Assembly: GCA_000934665.2 (NCBI GenBank)
Contig: KZ537971.1
Coordinates: forward strand, 124,001 to 188,000
Direction: 5' to 3'
Origin: Catajapyx aquilonaris
Taxonomy: Eukaryota
DNA: 64,000 nt
The notes under the pieces: model-generated
What the model saw: only the letters and a program-made list of their open reading frames with translations
Told to the model about the DNA's origin: nothing
Database searches by the model: none
Translations under genes and position numbers: made by a program
In this document: one piece after another, positions 1-13,256 of the stretch
How positions within the stretch are numbered: the first letter of the stretch is position 1
How the letters are laid out: each line of letters begins with the position of its first letter

Positions 1-3000
1 GGCGATAATTTACTAGCTGGGTTTCATCACTGCGGAAAACCGCCCTAGGAAGATAGGCAGCTGATAACTGACTAGTAAGCTGCAGGTAAGGAGGACACAA
101 AAAATTAGCAATAGGTATAATATGGGCCTTCAGCCAAAAATCATGTGTGAGATAACCTTGGTGATTTTTTCAGATTAATTATTTGTGTCGCTTCTTCTTA
201 ACCTTCCTGTGTCATGTGGCTTCAGGATGCACCTGGGATGTAATTTACACCTTCAAAGAATGCTGAGGGTTCTGATATCTTCACGCTCTTCTCCCGCTTT
301 TTCATCACCCTTCGTAAAAGATAGATGAAGTCTCTCCCCTGACAGCTTATGGACACAATTTTCATCAATCCATCAACGAAAAATTGTGCAAAACAGACTC
401 AAGGCGCTCCATACACTTTCCCTATCAAGAAACCACGAAACAAAAAAACGGCACGTGCTGAGGTGAATAAGAGAAGGCAAGTTTTACAAGCAAAGTACGT
501 CTCAATTACAAGTGTAAATCACTCTCGACTCAACACCCTTGATGGAATTTAACAACGGCAAAATATTCATGGCAGGATGTCATGTGCTTTGACATTTTAT
601 AAAACCAAATGCTAAAAAATATTTAACCTCTTCCGACCGAACACAAATGAAAATGTACCATCCGAAATTGCCTATTTACTTCTGCAACACACATTAACAT
701 GTCCATACGTTGCGCATTCAAAAGGCCCACATCCTGTCACAAATTGCACACATGCAGTAAAATATGGCCGTTTGTGCAAACGTATAACCTCGAACTTCAA
801 ACATTGAAATGAAATCGCGTTTAAATACTAATACTCATGCAATCTAACCAGTATAGGCCTAAAAACAAGGTATCGGGCATGCCAGGTCAACACTAATTAA
901 TCACAGTGCGGAAAGGCTTCGTCACGGCGGAAAACACCAGTTGTCATGGGAATCGCAAGCAGCAACAATAGATCAGGCCGCAGGCAAATTAACCGGGCAT
1001 TTATGAGCAATTTTCACGCTGCTGACAAAAAGCGGGGCCCGGTAAAAATGTATTGCCCAATTGCGGCGTTTTGCCGCTTTATTGATTTCGACGCGCATTG
1101 TGTAAATACTCCTGCAGATAATAACTAATCGTAAATTAGGATTGCCAGCCATGGGAGTTTGACTATACAGGGTGGGGGGGTGACCCACGCAAGGGTTCAA
1201 ACTAATGCACCTCACGTTTCTGTACTCTGGTGCGGTATACACTCTGGGCTGCAATACTTCATAGCACTCCATAAGGAAAAGGGCAAGTGGTGGATGAGAT
1301 GTGCCAGCATAGCAATTAGTCTTGTGAGAGGCTCAAGTGTATAGGGTGGTGAGAAGTTGAGAGGGCAGATGAATAATGTGGTTGGTGGCAGTGGGATTAT
1401 GCGTGTAGTGGTAGGTGGTTGGGGGTGCAGAAGCAGTGTTCAAATGGGTGTGGACAGCTGCGGTGGACTCCAAAGGGACTTAATCCAAATAAGGAGTAGT
1501 CGAGGCCCGAGACTCACTCTTGTTTTGCTTGCTGCTGCCTAAATAAACCCAGTAGGTGTTGACCTTTCGGGCTTTGTGCGGGACTTGCTCCCACCCAAAA
1601 CCTAAAACCCTCACCAACTTTAAATCTGGCCAAGTAATGCGGCAGTGTGTCCACAGTTTCTGCTTCCATGTTGCGAAATAATGAACAAGCCCATGGGCGC
1701 ATCCGGATAGGGGAGCCCTATTCTCTACTGAGTTTACTAACTAACGCCCAAAACATATGCCAAAATGTTTAAAACGAATTTTGGCACACCCAACTTTCAG
1801 TCAAGATTTTTTTTTCCCACATGTGTTTTAGCTGGGTAGGATGCCCTTTTAATCATAAGAAGTATGCTGCGGGACGGACCGTCGCACTTTATTTATTGCA
1901 TTTTTTGGCCGCATTTTAGAAAGGTGGCTAGCCAGACAAAAATCTCGAAAATTAACTGGTGGCGCCTTGGTCTCAAACTTTCTGGCTACGCTGGCCATAT
2001 TTCAAGCCACTTTTCCTACCTCGATAAACTAAAGTGTCTGATATAGACTGGAAGACTCGAGTGTACTCAACCCCTTTCGCACATAATAGTAATAACCCCG
2101 CAGATTAATTGACTACACAGACATTGTTTGTTCAATGTTTCACTAGTAGGCAAACGCCTAGTGCTGTTCTGGGGACCCCTTTAAATAACTCAAACCGGGC
2201 CTCCGATGAGTGCTACGAGCGGAAACAAAATACTTCATGCCGACCAGCAGAGCATGAAACCGGCCCAATAAAACCATACACATGAAATATTAGTCGAGAG
2301 ACCAAAAAAAAAACAAAAACGAATCAATAACATCAGCCTCTCCCGCTCCATTTTTATAGTGGATGCAGCCCAAACTACCGGACCATTCGTGGTCCAGTGC
2401 ACCCGAAAAACTATATATATAAAATGAAATGAGGAGGTCCACTAGAATTAGTGGCGATTGAAATGAACTTAGAGGGTGGTGAATATTTTCGCGGCGAGCC
2501 TTCGGTGTGCCTCTCATCTGAATAACAGATTTATTGCATTTCGTTCCCTAATGGGTTTAGTTAATGTGCCGGGACTGGCGGAGGAATTATGCTCGTCATC
2601 TGCAACCCTGCTCATCCCACAGTCTACATCCTGCTTCTGGTGCAAATCCTGACTGGGCTCGCACACTACACTCGGTCCCTCTTGCCTTTGGCCACCAACC
2701 ACTTTCCACTTGGAGCCACGTTCATTAGCAAACGGAATTAGCGCAATGTCAGCGCTGTCACTGTCCTCTTATGGCATTTGCATCGCAACTTGCGCGATAA
2801 TATTTACCCACATCTGCCCACGTTTCTGGTTTCAAAAAAATCCATGCGGCAACTCCAACAATTTCCTATTATTAATTATGGAGATGGGGTACAACAAAGA
2901 CGTTTGTGTGCGAATGGTAAGAAAACCGGTTTAATGACATGGGTCTTGAGTTGCAACCGAGCTGAAACCTACTGGGGTCCGGACGTGGCTTAATTATTCC

Positions 3001-4177
3001 TGCAAGGCAGACGAGATGATACAAGGCGTAAATATCCGCCAGGCAAGAGGTTTTAATTGCCGGTAATCCGCCGTACCAATAATCCCCGACAAAGTGGCGC
3101 AAGTTCCGCCAAGACGAAGAAGCAGCAGCCTGTCTTGGGCAAATGAAGCCGCCTTTCTCACTGCTTATTCCACCCACCCACCCACAGCTCAATACCAAGG
3201 CGGCAACCCTCTAGAGCCAAACGTACTTCATTCCCAGACTCGGAGCGTCACATTTTTGCGTGTGGGCGGGTAGGAATGTCAGGTTATGACGGCGGTGTTT
3301 CCACGGAAGGGTCAATTTGAGCCTCGGGCTTGATTAGAAGGGCAAGTGTTGGGGGAAACATAATTACCGTCTGTACCACAACCGTTTCGGTGCCTTAACC
3401 GCTCCGGCACCCCTCCAACAACCGGACCTATAACCTCCATGTATATTGCCTCGCACTGGTGAAGATGGCTTCCGGGGTTTTATTTTTCAAAGCAGATTGT
3501 TCCCATTCCAGTCTCGAGCTCTGGGGAGGGAGGTTTACAAGGCGAAATTGGGCCGGATACTTTGCTTCACCCACAAACTTCGGGGACGGGGTCAGCCAAG
3601 AAGAAATGCCAAATCGTGTTGATGTGCTCGTGTTTTACTTGGATGTAATCAGTTTTAGGCCCCAGGATTTTCATCATGCTGGTGGTTTCACTCTAGAAGT
3701 TTCTGAATAAAGCAAAGACTGAAATTGTCCAGGATATGTGAAATATGGAGCATCGCGGAACCGGCTAATTGAGACACTCTATCACTTATTTATGTTGCAG
3801 GATATTGCAATTACAGCTGCGAGGCATCAACTGCGGAGCTCGTCCACGGTCAATAATAAATTTTAAATATTTTGTTCCATAACGTAGATATCCGCTGCAG
3901 GGGAACCCCCCACAAAAAAAATGGCTGTACAGACTTTTTGAGTTTATGGAAAAACATTTAAAAACGAGTCAGATCTGCCTTCCGGTTGGAACGAATTCCG
4001 CACAATAAGTGGTGGTTATTTAATTAGGTTGGAAGAACAAGTTGTCTCGTAGGACTTTGAAATTTTCAGCAGGTTAGTTTGGGAATAATAAATAAGATTC
4101 CGGAAGCGGCTTGGCAGCTCTTTAGGTTGCGGAAGCGTCTTGGGCCAGTACTCTGGGGAAACCGGGTTACACTGCGG

Positions 4178-4378
4178 TCGGAAGCTGCAAGGAAGCATGT
4201 CCCAGTTTGGTACAACTACTTCACTCACCGCTGAATTATGAAGCCACGTCTCATGATAAAACTCACACCAGATATGCACCGAGGAGCGAGAAAACAACGA
4301 ATCCGGATTGGTGTAGGTTGAGTGCCTCTTCGGAATTCAGTGCTCCTTATATACTGCATATACACTGCGGAGGTTTCC
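4178..4378 (-). pseudogene. Possible highly decayed non-LTR retrotransposon AP-endonuclease (APE) fragment
   Basis: Minus frame reads GNLRSV...*...NPD...HETWLHNSAVSEVVVPNWDMLPCSFR, resembling the APE N-terminal motif order (N-x-R-S, PD, ETWL). There is an internal stop and no GGGV motif, so chance is possible. Confidence 0.25.
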
Positions 4379-6069
4379 TTTGCACGGATCAGTCAAAAGA
4401 GTAAGATGGAGGTAGACAATTACTCGAGTCTGCTTCACGAACCAGTCTGATAAAGCCCTATTGAAAACCCGAGAGGTCTCTTTTTTTCTCACTTCAATCG
4501 AGAGATTGAGCAAAGATTGAAGTAAGCTGCTCTTGCGTTTCTTTGGAACCGTTTTACCAATCCATGCACCTATACACCTATACACTGTAAATTTCTCCAA
4601 AGACAAACAAATGCGTTCGAATGCTTTTAGTACTCTGGCAGATCCCATTTGTCTTAAAATTGATCCACTCCAAAGACTCTTCCTAAAAGCAAGTGTATAG
4701 CATACAATCTACTTTCAGTGTACCTCTTTACACTGTATGTCACATATTGGCCTCTAAATAACAAATGAACAAAGGCAAAATGAAAAAGTTCCAGCCTATA
4801 TGGAACCAGAGTAACAATTTAGCGACAAAGCAGAGCCTTGACGTTTACTGCCAATAAACTGAGGATCAAAACGAAACTAATGACTATCCTTCCTGTTTCC
4901 AGGAGTATTATAAATCAGTCAATTACTGCAAAGAAAAGTCGCTGTCTGACACGAATCCCCAGCCAATTCCTCACAATTATACTTAACGATTGTTTAAGAG
5001 GGGGAAAGCGCGTCACCAAATGATTCCTAAATGAACAAGAAAAGGCGTGAGTCACCCAGACCAAAATGAGTTGTCAACTATTCTGAAATGAAACTGCTCA
5101 CAAGAGACTCATAACTCTGTCAGATTGGTTTTTAGCACCATCACGGTAGTGTTTTTCGTGTTTTAAATTCAAGAACGGTTTCCATATGCGTGCGGTTGAT
5201 CTCAAGTGCTCGGTCACCTACAAATCATGCAAATTCTAATCAAGGGAGGCAATAATCATTATGTCATTCGCCACGTAACCTGTCACTTCTCATTTGCATA
5301 CGTGATTTGTCCTGTAGCATGCTGAACTACAAAAAAACATGTCGATTTTGGTGGGCCAACGGGCAGGTTTGTGGCCAGTTAGGGCGGGGGTGGGGGGGGG
5401 GCAGGCATCGAAGGGGTGGAGGAGGGCGGTCACTGTCAATAGCACCTGCTGATAATTTGCGTACGCGTCACCAAGTCGAATGAGCGAAATGAATGAAGCC
5501 TAGCGATGTGTATTGCTAATTAGTTAGATATACAGCGCCACCCGTAAATGTGATTTCAAAATTGCACAATGCCAGGTCACAATAATATTCGGCACAAAAA
5601 TTCCCTCCACGACAGTTGGATCGCCACCCTCGCTAGCCTACAAATAAAGCAAATATTATTTCACCGAGTTGAAGATAAATATTTGCTTTTTCCACCCCCC
5701 AGTTTGCTTTTGCAGTTGATTCCCGTCATCACATCCGCCTTATTGACCTACAGTCCTCCAATGCGGTTTACTTGGAAGATATTTCCTTTATTAAAACAAA
5801 ATTTTCAATGCCTCCAGGTTTCTATCCTGTAAATAAGCTTCTCACCTAATCTTTCACGCTCTAAATAGTCTTTTAAAAAATGACAATAACACTGAATGTC
5901 TATTGAACAAAATTGTTCCCAACTCGAAACCAATTACATTGGAGCAAAGGTGTGAAAATTTTCTCCTTTATGTGGAACACTGTCGAAATGCCTCTTTCTG
6001 GCTACAGACCAATCAGAGAGCTTTAAAAAGGTGGGGGGAATGGAAAATAGAAAGTGGAGTGGGGGATGG

Positions 6070-6071
<2 letters not shown>

Positions 6072-6134
<63 letters not shown>
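6072..6134. repeat. (GA)n microsatellite, ~31 units
   Basis: Perfect dinucleotide run; explains the ERERER/SLSLSL ORFs. Confidence 0.98.
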
Positions 6135-6136
<2 letters not shown>

Positions 6137-7013
6137 GTGGTCTCCATTGCTCTCCCCGTTCACGTTAGCTTTATTCGCTTTGCATTGATGAGATGGAAAT
6201 TTGCCAACCTCGCTGGGGATGAGGCCTCCGCTGGCTTTTTGGACGGGTCGCCGGATATATACCGCTAGTAAGTGCACTAAAAAAACTGACTCCGCCCCCT
6301 TTCCCCACACACATCCCGTACCACCCTTCAGGCCAATTTCCAGAGAAAAGGATCAATTCGCACTTGCAGTTTAAAACATTTTGCTTCTCCTGTATAGAGC
6401 TGTACTCTTCCGCAAAGTGCGGTTTCATATTTTCAGGAGAAGCACCTGGAGATAATATCTTTCGTTTCTGTTGCGGTGTACAAAAATATTGCTCTACTTG
6501 GAATATGTCTACATTACATTACGCAGATTTGAGCGGGCTGAGGCTTTCAGATTAAACAATGTGTCTAACAAACGTTAACTCATACTGTATTCAACCACTC
6601 TTGATTCAACTCATATATACTGTACTCATGTGTCTCGTTAAAAAAACCTCTCGGCTGCTCATTTTCACGCTTTCGTGTCGCCTCACCTTCAACATTGTGG
6701 CAGTGAGTTACATAAAAAGCTGTAAATCGCATTTAATGGGCTTTCCATGGGCTTTCCACACGTCAGTCTCTTGAAGTTGAGTCCACAGGGGCGACCTTCC
6801 GCACCATATTTACAGATACGAATGTCAGTTAGATTCTGTGACACGCTGTACATTGTCCTGTAACAGTCCCAGATAATCACAGTACAAGTAACAACCTGCA
6901 GTGCAACCGAATTACTTTTAATAGTAATTATTTTGTTATTTGTTTGTAAATTATCAATAACTCATGAAAGTTTAGACAATTCAGTGCTGTGATTATGAGT
7001 ACGCAGTGTTTTT

Positions 7014-7015
<2 letters not shown>

Positions 7016-7068
<53 letters not shown>
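7016..7068. repeat. (TC)n microsatellite, ~26 units
   Basis: Perfect dinucleotide run. Confidence 0.98.
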
Positions 7069-7073
<5 letters not shown>

Positions 7074-8637
7074 TGTGCGGCTTGCGTGATCCCTAGATAG
7101 CAAGGCTCAAGCACCACATTTAATCAATGCAATGGCCTTTTAATTGTTGCACTTCTAATGTATGTTGTGATAATATTTGCCATTAAATCAAGTGTGGTGG
7201 TGTATACATTGGGAACACACAGACCAAATTGCATTAATCTCAATGGGAATTCAACCTGCACAGTCAAGTTTTCCACTGGACCAAAATACTGTACTTCATT
7301 ACACACATTATAGTATACAACAATATAGGGTATCACCAAACAGTTCGCATAAAATACTAGTGATATATTGTGTGTTTAGGACACTGTTATTCCATCGGAG
7401 TGGAACATTTCCGATTGCACGCAAGACATTTCTCACTATACCCCGAAGGCATTAATATATTTTCCTATCACGTATGCTGCCATTTGGCATATTTGTTGTG
7501 CAGCCCCGCGGTGGATGCTACTTCAAAAATCTCCGTCGGTATGCAAAGCTCCAGTTCGTATTTAGATTTGAGTACCTTTCCGGAATTGGTAGCAGGAACA
7601 CGTCCCTTTGCACGTAGTATAATATATCGGAAAATTTGCGGACACGATCTCCATGCTTACCCAGCACCAAGGAATTTTCGTCCTTCCGGCTTCTGCTGCC
7701 TTCCAGGAACTGCACAATCACCATCTACCCAAGGATTTTTCTTTTTTTCTCTTTTTCTTTTTACCTCCCATGCCGTGGCAGTTAATCAAAAGGGAATAGA
7801 CGGCATCAAACATCGTCAAGATGAAAATAAGACATGATCAAACTCCCACCAGCATCAGGCAGGCAGCAGAGCCCGAAGGACATTTTTCCGCCGCTAACTT
7901 CTTGTGAGCAAAAGTTGGTCCGGAATTTCCCAATTGCAGCCCGGAGGCCTCTCTGCGCTAATATCAGCAGCAACAAGCTAACCGTGTCCTCTGCTACTCC
8001 CATCTCAAAGCTCAATATTGGAAGCAAACACAGCGAGCTTGTTTCGTCGCCATCAAATTGTCGATTGGAGTAGGGGAGGAAAGGGGAGAGGAGGGGAGGG
8101 GGAGATTTTCCCTCCCTCTCTCGGAAATACATTTGGGATCCAGGGAAAAATGAGAGCGGGGACTGACTGCCAGCTTCCGGTTGGGCTTTAATCAGATGGC
8201 CATTTGCAGTGGATGGGGAGGGGTGAGAAGAACGGGGGGAAATGAAGGCATCAAGGACTCATAATCGGCCTTAAGGTAGTCGTCGCCAAGGGCCCCCAAA
8301 GCCCCGCAGAATTGAATTGGTCCACTGCTTCCCTCAGGGTTGAATGGGGGAGAACTTGGCCGGATCATAAGGAGAGAATGGCTGGAGGGGTGTGAGAAGG
8401 AGGGGGGGATGAATTTGCTTTATGCTATCAGGTGTGAGACCCAGCCATGTTACGGGAAATGGTGTGAGACGGCCTTGGTCTCGCAGACACCGTCGTCGTG
8501 TCCGAATTATTGGACGTTCCGTAATTACTTCGTGGTCATTATTAAAGTGACCTATTTAACAAAGTTTACTATGGCGCAACTGTGGCAAGCGTGGTCCATC
8601 CTGTGTTGGCCTAGATCATATGTGCCTCCCTTTAACT

Positions 8638-8942
8638 TCTGGAAATGGGTAATCTGAGATGATAATATTGCACACTACAAAATGAGAAGGTAACACAAAT
8701 GGAGGGTGGTACATTGTCCAAGTGTCCAGTAATAAGTGAATGTAATGTGAGTTGTGCACTCCAGAAACCAGATTAAAGAGAAGCCACAATTACAACAAGT
8801 GCGTGTGGACCTGATAGTTGCTTCTCTTTAATCTGATTGCAGAGGAAAACAATGCGTAACTTCTTCACTACTGGGTACTTGTAGTGCAGCACCCTTTGCA
8901 ATTTGCATATAATGTGGTGCATGTTGATGATCCCATTTCAGA
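8638..8942. mobile_element. ~300-bp imperfect palindrome (decayed foldback/MITE-like element)
   Basis: Perfect 16-bp inner stem cagattaaagagaagc (8769-8784) / gcttctctttaatctg (8820-8835). Outer arms also pair: tctggaaatggg with cccatttcaga, and agggtggtacattgtccaagtgtccagta with tactgggtacttgtagtgcagcaccct. No clear TSD. Confidence 0.7.
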
Positions 8943-11900
8943 GTATACAAGGACTGAAAATGTGTAGTTGACGCAGCAGTATGTTGCTACTGTAAACTAA
9001 ACTGTGCACACTAATGCTGACATGCAGCAGAAATGTTTTTCAAAATAATTAATAGCGAGATCATATAGGTACGAATTAAAGCAGATAGCCTATAGTGCAG
9101 TCAGTTAATGTCACACAAACGTTACTTTGACTTATTTTCTCTCTGATCATATTTCAGATGTGATCAGTGACATTAATCTAATTAAAGTAATCTTCTTCTA
9201 CTATCAACTAGACCTTTATGTAATTCCCCGCTAGAGTTACAAGCAGGAAAATGAATCATTAACTAAGTGCGGTGTTAAAAATCTGCTGCAATTCATTGAG
9301 TCAGTATTTTTCACCCGGAGCGGAGGGGAGAATGACAATAATATTGTAATTTACTTTGAACACAGTTTCATAAAATACAGTATGGCATCATTGTTCCAAG
9401 TTGAAAACATCAAAAGGCATGAAGCCTACTCTACAGTATGCAGGATAATAAAAATTACATACGGCGGCTTAGCCCTGCCAATTTTTAAATATTTACCAAG
9501 TACGTGAGCTGTGAAACTGTAAAATGATCAGAGAGTTTTGTGACTTCATTTACTCAGAAACTAATTATTACTACCATAGGAGATTCGGATTCATTAAAAA
9601 TTAGCCGCATTCAAATCCAAACATTGGCACATTGTGCTACAGGAGCAATAATAAATATTTAACTTTTATTATAAGAGTTTATAAGAGTAGGTCAATATTG
9701 CCCAATTTTGAATTAAATTTCGATCAAAATGTGACTCTAACCCTATAACATTCTTCAAATCGCTGTAATCTTCAATTTTCGAAACTCTCTCCAAGTTACA
9801 AAGAAGGTCCTACAGAAGAACACATCGCCTGTTCTTAAACCGACCCTATAGACAACACCAGATCTCTGAAACACTCTTTAAAATCCAAAACATTCGAGGC
9901 CTGTATTGTATATGGTTGTTACTCGAGTAACAAAAAGTTGTGGTTTGTCAACCTCATGGTAGGAACAAGACACGAGGTTCGTCGCGCTTAATCCCATTGT
10001 GCTGCGGTTGAGTCTTGGGGAAAACCGCAGATCTTGTTACGAACCCACCGGATTGTTTCGCAACGTTTTCCGCGACAAAGTACGGTAGATAACAATCTGG
10101 AACCAGGTTCATTCGCTATATACAAAAAAATGCTTTTTCCACCAGACTCAAACGCATTTTTCAGTTCAATTATGCTACATTGCTTCTCTACCCATATAAG
10201 TGATACTTATCGGGAAATCCGTGCAGCTTCCCTCCCACTCCCCCGCCACCCCCTTTTTCCACCGAATAGATTCGTGTGAATGGCCAACAAAAGAATTCAA
10301 TTATTCTCTTCACAGAAGTATTTTCCATTCAACAATAGGTTGGTACGATTTAAAATTCGGCGATTTTTTTTTTACCAGCACGTGCTGTATATGGAGAGTG
10401 GATGGTTTCGGGGGTTCTGGCAGAAAAGGACGGCAACTGAGGGGGTGGGAATAGGGGGGAGCAATGGAGTTTGGGATGGGAGTGAGGGGGTATAGGAGGG
10501 GGGGAATGGGAAACTGGGATTTGTTTCCGGATCGAAAGAGGCTTATCCGGAGCCCATTTGGGTGACCCAAAGAGATCTATTATCATAATAAAATAGCTTG
10601 GGACTAATTGTTCAATCAGGGATTTGTCTCCCGCACCATGATTCGACATCGGAAAGGTCAAAAGGTGAGCGTGCACGCTTCACATCGCAAGAATATTGCG
10701 AATTTATCCTCCGACCCCCTGCCCCCTCTGAAAAGTAACCAGTGGAATCAAGCAGGCTCTTTCACTGGTCAATGTCCACCTCCCCCTCTAACACAAATAC
10801 GAGCCCCGAGTACCCGAGGTCCACCATCCAGCCTCCCCCATCCACCCTTTTCCCCCCCTAACCGGCCGTGTCGGTTAAAGCCACTTGACAAGCACGCTAC
10901 AAATGCATTATTCATCAAAAGCTAAGCGGCGAATAATATCATCCAAACCGATCGGTTTGCATAGCCGCCAATGAAATCCGACCGCACTGTCCCGAAGCTC
11001 CAGGCATAAATGTTCCAAAGTTCGCTACAGCCCCCTCTATATACCAAAATAACAGGCTTCAATCATCCACATATTATACAAGCCTAAAATAAATAATATT
11101 ACAGCAGCTTTAAGGATGTCGACCCACTTTTTTCCCCCCCACCATGAAACACGATCACACATGCAATTAATTTCCATGACACATCGTCACTGCAGTATTG
11201 AAACTCGATATAAGCATACCCCCCCCCCCCCCCCCTTAAAAAACTATACCTGCCGCAGCACGCATCTTGATAAGGACTGGGCTTGATGAAAAGAGGGCAT
11301 TCAGTTGTTGATGAGCAAAGTTTTTCTGAAAGGCTGCACCCCACTGCCGGAGACAGGTGAGAAATTGAAAAGTGAGGAAAAGTGTTGGTGGCGGGCAGCG
11401 ATGCGTAGACATCATTCGTAGGGCGGTATGCAAATGAGTCTATGGTTAGATGCATTTGGTGTATGGCACTAACTGTAGGTGAGAGGGAAGTTGGGCAGCA
11501 CGTGCTAGAGTTACGCCTATCTTTTAACGCCGTGCAGTAAAAGGGATAAACTCTCCAAAACGCTCCGTGTTTATAGTCCCATCTTGAAGGCTCGTAAAAT
11601 TAATATGGGCCCGTCGTTGGCGTCGCTACGTTCCCCAGATTTTTATCCTGGTTGTGATTACGGCCAATGGAGGGGGAGATTTCCCACCGGTTTTTGCAAG
11701 GTTCCAGTCGGAACATTTTCATCTGTGGATGTGTACTCTGAAACCGATCGGTATGCTTAATGGAACGCGAGAATGGAATTTGAAAAGTAAAATGAAAGCC
11801 CATGCCGGTTGATAGGCACGTATTTTTTTATACGTTTCGACCTGTCAATTTGCGTAAACATTCCATTCAAAAAAGAGTAAAAGAGAATTTGCAATTTCCC

Positions 11901-13115
11901 GGGCAAATGCTTTAGTACTTGATGGCCTCCAATCGGTCCAATGTAATGATATGAGTTTACACACCTAGATAACATTTGCGTGGTTGTAAATAACACGTGT
12001 TTCGGGTGCAAATTTTTGCCCATTCAGTTGCCGTTTTGGTAGTTGTACTATGCGGTACATACGCCATTAATTTCCTCAAAGTGCATCCCATCCGAAAGTA
12101 TACAGTACTTGATAAGTGCTGTTGTCTGTGTGGAGATGCGGCACAGTTTCAACACGGCTCCCGTCTGATCTCTACTACCAGGCTTGCAAGCAACGTCGCA
12201 CTCTAAAAGGGCAAAAAAAATCTTTGGTGGTGCACATTTTGGGAAGAGCACAAAGAGTACAAGAGTTTAGTTAACTAATAAGGCCTCCACTTTCATTTGT
12301 AAAAGCATAGCCCGCGGGTACCCCCCAATGCGTGTGTGTAGGGCTCATTATTTCATTACCCTCTGTCGTCGCTTTTTTCGCTATTTAAGGGCAGACCACA
12401 CTTAGAATTGGGCTGAACAAATTCGATCGGTTTTATTTGGACATACTGTACTTTTTTGCTAGCTTTGATTCATATTGGGCGTCGACCTCTCCGGAAACCG
12501 TGGTGCAAAAATTGGGCCTATCGTATGTTAATGATGGGCGATGATGGATGCGTATAGGTCAAGCCTTGTGGTCAACTGCCATCGGTGAAGCCAACTCCCT
12601 CATTTGTATTCGGCTATTAATTAGTTCCTTCACCCATCCATATTTTTTATCAGTGTCCCGTCCATTAATAAATTATTTCATTTGTTCGTTGGCCCATTCA
12701 TCTTTCCATTTATCAGTCCTTCATTTATTCATGCACTCATGGCCTATCTCAATGTCGACACAGTCAGGTCAATTCCGGGCCCCCATGAAGCATTCTTAGG
12801 GTGAATCAACTGGCCTCATCTACATGGGTCCCGCACAAAAAAAATATTCAGCGCTACCGCTGATAATGAGGTGATCAAACGAGCGCATTATGTTACTCAT
12901 TTTTTGCACATTTTTTTTGCAGAAAAACTAACTCTTTCTCCCTATAATCAGTCTATTCAATTAGCGGCTCTGCTTGCGGCAGTATGAATCATTGTTTATC
13001 TACCATGTAACAGCATCGGGGATTCTGTAGCATAAAATTTTCACAATAGCACCCTCGTAGTACAAATAGTAAATCCACTAACGAGTAAGGAGGTATTTAA
13101 CGCTGCTGCGTCTAA

Positions 13116-13256
13116 AGCCTGGCTACACAAAATCCACCGATGGTAGGATCTATCGAGTGTTTAATGGATGTTATTAATTGTTGGTAACAATCAACCAATT
13201 AGCAATATCCGATTAACCCGCGGTAGGTCATCTACCTTTAGCGGTGCAAGCAGGCC
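13116..13256. mobile_element. PIF/Harbinger-type (Tourist-like) palindromic MITE
   Basis: TAA on both sides (13113-13115, 13257-13259). Termini agcctggctacac / gtgcaagcaggcc are imperfect inverted repeats, and the internal arms are also complementary. Confidence 0.7.

Noticed and set aside
2200..2240. Hammerhead-ribozyme-like ccgatgag...gaaac
   Set aside because: The core is CCGATGA rather than CTGATGA, the stem II closing pair is missing, and there are no stems I or III.
3801..3856. Possible exon after ttgcag encoding YCNYSCEAS (Ig-like)
   Set aside because: Very short, in-frame stop, weak donor, and no partner exons or tandem exon array found.
4581..4722. MITE with tacactg...cagtgta ends
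   Set aside because: The terminal match is only ~7-9 bp and the interior symmetry is weak.
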